This document shows positions 25,413 through 32,982 of a stretch of 64,000 nt of DNA, piece after piece; within the stretch, counting starts at the first letter, position 1; each line of letters starts with the position of its first letter. Both the position numbers and the translations under genes were made by a program. Source of the stretch: Clostridiales bacterium (GTDB lineage Bacteria > Bacillota > Clostridia > Christensenellales > Aristaeellaceae); assembly GCA_012729115.1 (NCBI GenBank), contig JAAYDR010000113.1, positions 14,207-78,206 on the forward strand, read 5' to 3'. The notes under the pieces are model-generated. The model was not told the origin of the DNA, did not search any database, and worked only from the letters and a program-made list of their open reading frames with translations.

Positions 25413-27250
25413 CCCTCAACTTCTGTCAAGCTTCTGACGATTTGGAGGATCTGTACCGGCCGGCCAATTCTTCTTTTCTCCACGCACCGGTCTTCGCATG
25501 CCTGCAGAAGTTCCGCTCCAGGCGCGCCGGCCAGCGCCTTTCGTGCGCCCATGATGTTGCCAACCGCCGCGCGCCGCATCACACCGGGAATATCCAGCTC
25601 TGTTCCATCGCAGCAGCGGGGATGCTCACAATACTGACAGGCGCTTGCCAGGCGCATCATCTGCCGCGTCTCCTGTGCAGCATCGGCATATATATCCGCT
25701 TCCATTACGGGCGGGGTCAGCAACCGCACATGGTTTTTCATATCGGGCCGGTAAACAAAGGGGGAAAGGCCGCGCTTTTTCAGCACGGCGTTGGCGGCGC
25801 TGATTGCCGATGTGGTCACCGTGGGTGTGCCTGTACCCATCACGGTAGACTCACCGCAGCAAAACAGGGTACTCCACTGGGTCCGTGTATGGAGCCGCTT
25901 GAACATGTGCTGGCCCAGCATCTGCTTGGGCCCGGCCACCGCGCCCCCGTTTTTGAGGCAGTATCGCTCAATGGTTCGGGGCGTTGCCATCTGGGCAAAG
26001 CGCACATGGCGCCCAAAGCCTGGGAAACGGCGTTCCAGCACTTCAATGAGCCGCTGCTGCTCTTTCTGTTTTTTCTCCCGGTAGGCCGCATCGTCAAGGT
26101 TCGTCCATTGCTCAAAGGTCGGCCCAATGGCGGTCACTACATGTTCATCTTCCCCGCACAGGGTCAAGTCGTCGATGCTTGGAATGTAGGCAGTTACTTC
26201 GCTTTCATCGATATGGTCCGGATTTCCCACCAGCATCTCCACCGGCTGCGTGTCTTCTGGGATCACCGCCCTGTCCACCAACGCATAGAGCATTACGCTG
26301 GGGTAGGTGGGCTGTTGGGAGGATACCCATTGAATCCTCTCAGGCTTTACATGCTCCGGGGCAATCAGCTTGCCATACAGGTTCCAGACAGTTCCTGAAT
26401 AGATGATTTCCTCGGCGTGAATCCTTTCCCCTTTGTCTGTCACCACGCCTGCGGGCTTGCCGTCTTCAAAGAAGATCCGGGTGGCCTCCCGTCCATAGAG
26501 GACATCACCACCCTGTTCCTCAATCACCTTTTCCAGCTTCCCCGGCAGGTAAACCGTGGAACCGGCAGGATAGTAGCTTCCGCCCACATGGTTGTCCACA
26601 AACATCACGGCGGCAAGGATTGCCGGCGCTTCGTCCACTGTGGCATAACAGTAGGTGGAGGTCAGTTTGGTAAAGAACTTGAAGATCTCCGGGTCGGAGA
26701 AGTAGTGTTTGAGCAATTTCCCGGCGCTGAGGTTCAGAAAGCTCAGGAAGCGGAGATAGGAAAGGGGATGCCTGGCAAGGGACTTCAGCGCGCCGGCAGG
26801 GTCTGTCTCATCGGGGGTGTTATAGTTGGGGTGTTCCACCATGACGTGACGGTATATGGTCTCCATCTCCCGGTAAAACCGGTGGATGTTCTCTTTCTCT
26901 GCAGGAAACACCTGGGAGAGTTCATCGGCAAACTTTTGGATATCAGGCCAGAACCGGATGCGATGGCCTTTGAAGTTGACGGTGTATAAAAGCTCGTGGC
27001 GAATCACATCGATGGGCTCTTCCAGACAGTTAAAAACAAACCGGTGCGCGTTAAAGCCGTGTTCCCCAAAGCCAAACAGCATGGCGGAACCCTGGTCAAA
27101 GATCGCCCCGTGCCGTTTGAAGATTCCGCAGGATCCGCCTGGGGTTTGGGCCTTTTCAATCACTGCCACATGGAGCCCGCGCTTGGCCAGCAGGCTCGCC
27201 GCTGTCAGGCCGGCAAGCCCCGCGCCAATCACCACTGCGTCATAGTGCAT
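25409..27250 (-). CDS. FAD-dependent oxidoreductase, CrtI-like, with Cys-rich C-terminal extension
   Basis: HYDAVVIGAGLAGLTAASLLAKRGLHVAVIEKAQTPGG, plus a C-terminal ~95 aa ...ACQYCEHPRCCDGTELDIPGVMRRAAVGNIMGARKAL...ACEDRCVEKRRIGRPVQILQIV that resembles the GltD/DPD N-terminal Fe-S module. Confidence 0.85.
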   Translation of the reverse strand: MHYDAVVIGAGLAGLTAASLLAKRGLHVAVIEKAQTPGGSCGIFKRHGAIFDQGSAMLFGFGEHGFNAHRFVFNCLEEPIDVIRHELLYTVNFKGHRIRFWPDIQKFADELSQVFPAEKENIHRFYREMETIYRHVMVEHPNYNTPDETDPAGALKSLARHPLSYLRFLSFLNLSAGKLLKHYFSDPEIFKFFTKLTSTYCYATVDEAPAILAAVMFVDNHVGGSYYPAGSTVYLPGKLEKVIEEQGGDVLYGREATRIFFEDGKPAGVVTDKGERIHAEEIIYSGTVWNLYGKLIAPEHVKPERIQWVSSQQPTYPSVMLYALVDRAVIPEDTQPVEMLVGNPDHIDESEVTAYIPSIDDLTLCGEDEHVVTAIGPTFEQWTNLDDAAYREKKQKEQQRLIEVLERRFPGFGRHVRFAQMATPRTIERYCLKNGGAVAGPKQMLGQHMFKRLHTRTQWSTLFCCGESTVMGTGTPTVTTSAISAANAVLKKRGLSPFVYRPDMKNHVRLLTPPVMEADIYADAAQETRQMMRLASACQYCEHPRCCDGTELDIPGVMRRAAVGNIMGARKALAGAPGAELLQACEDRCVEKRRIGRPVQILQIVRSLTEVEG

Positions 27251-27507
27251 GTAAGTACCTCCGGGATATAGTAAGTGAGAAGGCCAACTTCATACCGCCG
27301 TATCATAAAAAACGGAGGGTACCGTTAACCTCTTTTTCCCGTGTATGCCTGGATAGGAACCGTTTGTGCCTGGATGGATCAAACTGGAACGGGCAGGAAA
27401 TGGCTTTTTGTGATCATACCATTTTTCGACATAATTTTCAACATGATAGAGTAAGGTCATATGGCGCTGCTTTACTGTGGCAGGATTCGAAGCGGGAAAC
27501 CAAGCCC

Positions 27508-27536
27508 TTGACGGTACTATTCTTCATTGTTATAAT
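27508..27536 (+). promoter_or_regulatory. sigma-A-type promoter for the MFS transporter gene
   Basis: TTGACG (27508-27513), 17-nt spacer, TATAAT (27531-27536). Confidence 0.65.
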
Positions 27537-27634
27537 GCGGGTTGTATGTTGTTTGTTAGATAACCAGGCCGCAAGGCTTGGTTTTTCCATGGGCTGGCCA
27601 GCATCAGGATTATACCGGAAATGAGAGTGATCCC

Positions 27635-28909
27635 TTGCGTCAGTTTTTGCTGAAACACCCCCTGGTGCGTACATTGTCCGAACTGAGGGGCAACACCCGT
27701 GCCTGTGTTTTAACCGAGCCCATGTGGGGCCTGTCCATGAACCTCTGCCTTCCCTACGCGTCGGTATTCATGCTCTCCTTTGGCATGAGCGACATGCAGG
27801 TGGGGTTGGTGGCTTCCATCTACATGTTCTCCCAAACAATCTTTGCCTTTCTTTCCGGGGCCATCGTGGACAAATTTGGGCGCAGGTTCAGCACCATGCT
27901 TTTTGACTTCCTGTCCTGGAGCGTACCTTGTCTCATCTGGGCGTTCAGCCAGGGATTCTGGTTTTTTGCCGTGGCCGCGCTCCTGAACGGCATGATGAAG
28001 ATCCCCACCGTATCCTGGGACTGCCTGCTTGTGGAGGATGCCCCCAAGGAGAAGATCACCCATATCTACTCCTGGGTGCTTATCGCCGGGAACCTGTCTG
28101 CGCTCTTTGCTCCCATTTCCTCCATTCTGGTGGCCAAACTGACGCTGATCCCCGCCATTCGCGTATTGTATCTTAACGCCTTTGTGGTGATGTCCCTCAA
28201 AATCTTTCTGCTGTACAGGTTTTCTACGGAGACGGCCATCGGGCGTGAACGCCGCGAAGCTGTCAAGGGCATGACCTGGGGCCAGATGCTGGGGGGATAC
28301 AAGGGCGCGGTCAAAAGGATCCTTTCTTCCCCGGGCACACTCTTTGCCATTGTGATCAGCATCCTGGTGGAAATCGCCGGGATGATCGGCATGACCTTCT
28401 GGCAGATCATCGCCTCCCGGCGCATCGGCATTCCCGATCCCCTGCTGCCCATCTTCCCGATGTTTAAAAGCGTACTGTCCATCCTGCTTTTCTTCACAAT
28501 CCTGTCGCGCATCCGGCAGTCCAACCTCAAAGTGCCGTTGTATGGAGGCTTTGCCAGCGCGATCGCCGCCGCCCTGCTGCTCATCAGCGTGCCGGACGCC
28601 GGGCCGCTGGGCTATGTGATGCTGTGCCTGTCCATGGTTTTGGAATCCTTGGGCAACGCCACACTGGGCACCCTGCGGGAGTCCCTGGTGGCCATCCATG
28701 TAGACCCGCAGGATCGTTCCCGGATCATGGCGCTGCTGCAGACCACGGTGATGCTGGTCAGCGTCCCCTTTGGGTACATCGGCGGGGTACTCAGCGATAT
28801 GGACAGAGCGCTGCCCTTTGTGCTGATGATCGGTCTGCTGTTCCTGGGAATGGTGGCCACCGCCCTGTTTTTTCGCCGGGAGAGCGCCCGGATGACGGTA
28901 AGCCAATAG
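27635..28909 (+). CDS. MFS transporter
   Basis: ~12 predicted hydrophobic segments. The start is uncertain: the track start TTG 27578 lies inside a leader hairpin, and in-frame TTG 27635 or 27647 is more plausible. Confidence 0.85.
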   Translation: MRQFLLKHPLVRTLSELRGNTRACVLTEPMWGLSMNLCLPYASVFMLSFGMSDMQVGLVASIYMFSQTIFAFLSGAIVDKFGRRFSTMLFDFLSWSVPCLIWAFSQGFWFFAVAALLNGMMKIPTVSWDCLLVEDAPKEKITHIYSWVLIAGNLSALFAPISSILVAKLTLIPAIRVLYLNAFVVMSLKIFLLYRFSTETAIGRERREAVKGMTWGQMLGGYKGAVKRILSSPGTLFAIVISILVEIAGMIGMTFWQIIASRRIGIPDPLLPIFPMFKSVLSILLFFTILSRIRQSNLKVPLYGGFASAIAAALLLISVPDAGPLGYVMLCLSMVLESLGNATLGTLRESLVAIHVDPQDRSRIMALLQTTVMLVSVPFGYIGGVLSDMDRALPFVLMIGLLFLGMVATALFFRRESARMTVSQ

Positions 28910-28946
28910 ACAATCCCTATATATATTGATAATCGATAAATTATTA

Positions 28947-28975
28947 TTGATAAACGAAAAACCGGATGTTATCAT
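28947..28975 (+). promoter_or_regulatory. sigma-A-type promoter for the DUF2975-HTH pair
   Basis: TTGATA (28947-28952), 17-nt spacer, TATCAT (28970-28975). An ATTGATAA direct repeat lies at 28925-28932 and 28946-28953. Confidence 0.5.
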
Positions 28976-28989
28976 CCTGCTGAAAAATA

Positions 28990-29490
28990 ATGAAGCGGGG
29001 TGTTTTGATGAAGAACGGATCAACGCTTTTTTTGAAGGCTGTTGTTCTTGGAATGGGAGCCGCAGCGCTGGCCCTGTACATTTTCGCGGTGCCCGCTCTG
29101 GTGGCATCCGCGGCAGATATGCGGCCTGAGGTGGCCTTCTTTCGGTATTTTGCCCTGGTGGGATGGTATGCCACAGCGATCCCCTTCTATTTCGCCCTGT
29201 ACCGGACATTCAGACTCCTTATGCTCATTGACAGGGGAATGGCCTTTTCCGAATTATCGGTCAAAGCCCTCAAATGGATCAAATACTGCGCCGCGGCGGT
29301 CAGCATCCTGTGGGCGGCAGGTCTGCCGGTGGTCTATCATCTGGCGGATGTGGAGGACGCTCCGGGCATCATGCTCATCGGACTGGTCATCGCCTTTGTG
29401 CCCATCGTGATTGCCACCTTTGCGGCCGTATTGCAAAGGCTTCTCAAGCAAGCGGTGGACATCAAGTCGGAAAATGATTCGACGATTTGA
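28990..29490 (+). CDS. DUF2975-family membrane protein
   Basis: Four hydrophobic helices. The sequence (FLKAVVLGMGAAALALYIFAVP...FYFALYRTFRLLMLIDRGMAFSELSVKALKWIKYCA) matches the DUF2975 pattern usually paired with a small HTH. Confidence 0.8.
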   Translation: MKRGVLMKNGSTLFLKAVVLGMGAAALALYIFAVPALVASAADMRPEVAFFRYFALVGWYATAIPFYFALYRTFRLLMLIDRGMAFSELSVKALKWIKYCAAAVSILWAAGLPVVYHLADVEDAPGIMLIGLVIAFVPIVIATFAAVLQRLLKQAVDIKSENDSTI

Positions 29491-29500
29491 GGTGAATGAT

Positions 29501-29722
29501 TTGGGAATCCTCATCAACCTGGATGTGATGCTGGCCAAACGGAAAATGAGTCTCTCGGAGCTTTCCCAGAAGGTGGGTATCACCATGGCCAATCTTTCCA
29601 TCCTCAAAACGGGTAAGGCCAAGGCAGTGCGTCTGTCCACGCTGGAGGGCATTTGCCGGGCTCTGGAATGCCAGCCCGGAGATATTCTGATATATCAAAA
29701 CGACGAAAGTACACCGGAATAA
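29501..29722 (+). CDS. small XRE/YozG-like helix-turn-helix transcriptional regulator
   Basis: In-frame TTG 29501 preceded by GAGGTGA. The product LGILINLDVMLAKRKMSLSELSQKVGITMANLSILKTGKAKAVRLSTLEGICRALECQPGDIL is a typical ~70-aa YozG-type HTH. Confidence 0.8.
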   Translation: MGILINLDVMLAKRKMSLSELSQKVGITMANLSILKTGKAKAVRLSTLEGICRALECQPGDILIYQNDESTPE

Positions 29723-29780
29723 CGCACGAAGAATTTTTCTCATCGAGCGCAGGACCTGTTGATCTTGTCACGAAACAAAA

Positions 29781-30167
29781 ATGAACGGGGGGAAAACGGT
29801 GAACGTATTCGTGTATGGCACCCTGCAGCAGGGATTGATTGCCCACGACAAGCTTGCCGGGCGAGGCGCGCGCTTTCTGGGCAGGGCGGAGGTGGACGGC
29901 TATGCCCTCTACAACCTCGGCTGGTATCCCGGCATCATACCGGATGAAACGGAACGGGTGCTGGGGGAGGCATATGAGATTGATGAGCCCACCCTTCAGG
30001 CACTGGATCTGTATGAAGGGGAGGGAACCCTGTACCGGCGATGCCTTGCCGACGTTCGTCTGCAAGACGGCGAAGTGATCAAAGCCTATGTGTATGTGTA
30101 CAACCAGACCGTGAACCCGCAAAACAAGGTTCCCATGGAACAGCAGCCCTGGAGGAGGGGAGAATAA
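29781..30167 (+). CDS. gamma-glutamylcyclotransferase-fold protein (AIG2/GGACT-like)
   Basis: VFVYGTLQQG and LDLYEGEGTLYRR motifs. Confidence 0.85.
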   Translation: MNGGKTVNVFVYGTLQQGLIAHDKLAGRGARFLGRAEVDGYALYNLGWYPGIIPDETERVLGEAYEIDEPTLQALDLYEGEGTLYRRCLADVRLQDGEVIKAYVYVYNQTVNPQNKVPMEQQPWRRGE

Positions 30168-30168
30168 A

Positions 30169-30666
30169 ATGGAAAAAGAATATGTATGGTATGCGTGCTA
30201 TGGATCCAATCTTTGCAGGAGTAAATTCATTGAACGCTATATCAATGCATGCACCGATAGGACCCCGCCCAAGGAGGACAGGCCGTATATAATCCGGCAT
30301 CAAATGTATTTTGCAGGGAGGTCCGGACGCTGGAATGGGGGAGTCGCGTTCGTTAGCACCAAAGCTGATGAACAGGCGCAGACCCTTGGACGGGTTTACC
30401 GGATTACCATGGAGCAATTGGATGAAGTCCGTGAGAAGGAAGGGCCAAGCAGCCATTGGTATGGAAACAAGCTGTATCTTGGCATGTTGGAAGGCCTCCC
30501 TGTCTATACCCTGACCCGTGACCCCCAGTATGATGGCCATGAAACCAGGGTCCCTTCCCCGGAGTACCAGGAAGTGATTCTGCGGGGGCTGAAGGAGATT
30601 TATCCTCAGGTGGATGGGAAGGCATATCTTCGGAAAACCATTGAATATACGCAGTCCATCATGTGA
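30169..30666 (+). CDS. second, divergent gamma-glutamylcyclotransferase-fold protein (GGCT/AIG2_2-like)
   Basis: VWYACYGSNL (the YGSNL motif of GGCT proper), and QLDEVREKEG carrying a candidate catalytic Glu. The start codon is 1 nt after the previous stop. Confidence 0.7.
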   Translation: MEKEYVWYACYGSNLCRSKFIERYINACTDRTPPKEDRPYIIRHQMYFAGRSGRWNGGVAFVSTKADEQAQTLGRVYRITMEQLDEVREKEGPSSHWYGNKLYLGMLEGLPVYTLTRDPQYDGHETRVPSPEYQEVILRGLKEIYPQVDGKAYLRKTIEYTQSIM

Positions 30667-30729
30667 GGTGCTCATCGCCTTGTGCTATATCATCCGCTCC
30701 CATTTGCAGCGATGCCGGATGTGCAAAAA

Positions 30730-30753
30730 CCACCCAGATCGGGCGGCTTTTTT
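30730..30753. terminator. putative bidirectional terminator
   Basis: CCACCC-AGATC-GGGCGG hairpin (one internal mismatch) flanked by AAAAA upstream and TTTTTT downstream, between convergent genes. The stem is short. Confidence 0.45.
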
Positions 30754-30826
30754 GATCTGCAAAAATGAAAACCAGTGTTCCCCAAGTATATCAAACAAGT
30801 CAAAGCATAGGGTCTCGTTGCTTTCG

Positions 30827-32044
30827 TTACGCAACAGCCAGATACAGCGCATCCCCATCAAACAGTATATCTGTGGTCTGGTTGTTGATCACGCCGACAT
30901 TCTGAATGCTGTCGATGAAGATTTCACTGCCGATTCTTTCATTCCCATCAAACATGGATACGGTCTGTGCAACCTTCTTCTCATTCCCTTTGAGAAGCTT
31001 TTCGCCGCCATCCTGCAGCCATTCATCCACCGGCCCCTGACTGAGAACCGGAACAGTGGCAACCAGCTTTCCCAGGGCTTTGCTGGCATTTCCCAAACCG
31101 GACAGCACCATCGTCTCCACCGAGGCGGAGGAGAGCTTGTGGACCATATCGCGGCTTTTGTAAAAATGGACCTGGTAACGTTCATTGTAATTGCTCACCT
31201 TGCCGGCAACCTGGCTTAGGTATTCCGCCTTGAAATTGCCCAGCAGCATTACCTCCAGGAAAGAGGAGAAGGCAAACAGATACAGCGCCATCCTGTAGCT
31301 GCCAAACAGCTTCTCCAACCTGCCGACGGATTCCCTGACAACTCCATCCATGTAAATGGCGGGCAGCGACTTAATGGCTGCTGCAATCTGTTCCTGGAAG
31401 AAGGTCGTGTTTTTTTCTGCCGATTGTTTGATATCCAGCACTTTCATGTGATGGTTTCGCAGATATGCTTCATTGTCCCAGTTGTGCTTGTAGCTATCCA
31501 GAATATCGGTGAGTACATTCAGATTGCCTTGTTGTTCGGCCTGCTTGTCCTGTTCTAAAAAAGAGAGGATTTGCAGCTGGGTCTCCTGGATTTTGTCCAG
31601 CTTTTTTTCAATGTTTGCCAGCGTTGCAGCCATCATGATCGCAGCGGGATTGACCGGCATCACAGCGCTGGATGGCCCGGCCTTGGCCCATTTGGTGAAC
31701 ACGGATTTGCCGCCTTTGGTGACATGCGCTCCCCAGTTCAGCCCATCCCGGGCTGTTTTCAGCACAGCTCCGGCTTCCATGTTGACAGGAATATACCCCA
31801 TACCCTCTATGGAGATGGTGCGAAGGGAGGGAATCATCTGAGCAAACGCAGTGCCCAGTGCCGCAACATCACCATAAGAAATCTTTATACACTGCTCCAA
31901 CCGGATGGAATCACGGCGCTCAGCAAGCGCCTTATCGATACTCGTCTGGTCGCTGAGGGTATTATTGGGGTTGGTGTTTGCCAGGTTCGTTTTCTGGGCT
32001 TGATTCCCTTTTTCACGTCCAAGGATTTTGTCAAACAGTCCCAT
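30827..32044 (-). CDS. hypothetical 405-aa protein, no family recognised
   Basis: Long ORF with good coding character. It has a polar, low-complexity N-terminus (MGLFDKILGREKGNQAQKTNLANTNPNN), a helical/coiled-coil-looking middle (IEKKLDKIQETQLQILSFLEQDKQAEQQGNLNVLTDIL) and a hydrophobic stretch (YRMALYLFAFSSFLEVMLLGNF). There is no signal peptide. G+C is lower than in the flanks. Confidence 0.75.
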   Translation of the reverse strand: MGLFDKILGREKGNQAQKTNLANTNPNNTLSDQTSIDKALAERRDSIRLEQCIKISYGDVAALGTAFAQMIPSLRTISIEGMGYIPVNMEAGAVLKTARDGLNWGAHVTKGGKSVFTKWAKAGPSSAVMPVNPAAIMMAATLANIEKKLDKIQETQLQILSFLEQDKQAEQQGNLNVLTDILDSYKHNWDNEAYLRNHHMKVLDIKQSAEKNTTFFQEQIAAAIKSLPAIYMDGVVRESVGRLEKLFGSYRMALYLFAFSSFLEVMLLGNFKAEYLSQVAGKVSNYNERYQVHFYKSRDMVHKLSSASVETMVLSGLGNASKALGKLVATVPVLSQGPVDEWLQDGGEKLLKGNEKKVAQTVSMFDGNERIGSEIFIDSIQNVGVINNQTTDILFDGDALYLAVA

Positions 32045-32108
32045 GCGATACTCCTTTCAACACGAAACATTGATCCGTTTTCATTCTCTCACACTACCCA
32101 GAAGAAAA

Positions 32109-32786
32109 TCATCTGGCCGCTTTTTGTTCCGTCTCCACAGTCAAACCCCTCCCCAAGAACAGATACAGCGCCAGCACAGAAATCCAGATCTGCAAGGTAA
32201 AGATGTTGATCCGCTCCGTCAGGCCGGAGATGGGCCAGCCCTGGGCCATGGCCATGGGCGTAAGGGCACCGAACACCGTGATGACGATGGCGCAAAGAAA
32301 GATGAACCGGCCCAGACTCCGGTGAGCCCGGGTTTTCCACAGGCCAATGCCGATCAGATAGGTGGAGCCGATGGTGCAAAGAACCACAATGCCGGTTACC
32401 ACAAAATGCATCATGTTTTGAAAATTATCCATGGCCCCCAGGGGATCCAGGGGGAACAGGGCATATCCAAAAAAGGACACCACAGCAAGAATCATCAGCA
32501 GCACCGATCCGGTTTTGGCCGTTTTCTTCATCCCCATTTCCTGAAAACGCATGAAAACACCCACGGAGCAGGCGATCAGCAAAATGCCGTATATTGTGGT
32601 CAAGACGGTGAGCAGACCGGCATAGGGGGAGGCGCTGCCGGTGAGTTCGCTGATGGTCTGGGTGATGTGGCTGTAGCCCTCCCACAAAAGACCGCCCAAA
32701 ATGACATGTCCGACATAGAAAATCGCTCCGACAAACCCGCATAAGGCAAGGATTTGGCTTATGCTTCTGTTACCCGCTTTATTCAT
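32109..32786 (-). CDS. DUF998-family integral membrane protein
   Basis: Six to seven hydrophobic helices. The ISELTGSASPYAGLL motif region is typical of DUF998. Confidence 0.75.
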   Translation of the reverse strand: MNKAGNRSISQILALCGFVGAIFYVGHVILGGLLWEGYSHITQTISELTGSASPYAGLLTVLTTIYGILLIACSVGVFMRFQEMGMKKTAKTGSVLLMILAVVSFFGYALFPLDPLGAMDNFQNMMHFVVTGIVVLCTIGSTYLIGIGLWKTRAHRSLGRFIFLCAIVITVFGALTPMAMAQGWPISGLTERINIFTLQIWISVLALYLFLGRGLTVETEQKAAR

Positions 32787-32982
32787 ATTTTTCTCTCCCG
32801 TATCGCAAAATCCGTGAGCCTATTGTAAGCCCGGGGCCTTCCGCAGTCAAGGATAATCTTGAAGGAAGGCATTCAGCAGGGAGCGTGTGAATGCCCAAAC
32901 CCTACTGGCTTGCCTTACTCTCTCCAATGGTGTATGATCCATAGCGAGGCACAGCCGATACAACGCAGCGGGGATACAGCCG

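Noticed and set aside
27710-29209. 499-aa minus-strand ORF.
   Set aside because: It is antisense to the MFS transporter and DUF2975 genes. It is extremely Gly/His/Gln/Pro-rich and crosses an AT-rich promoter region.
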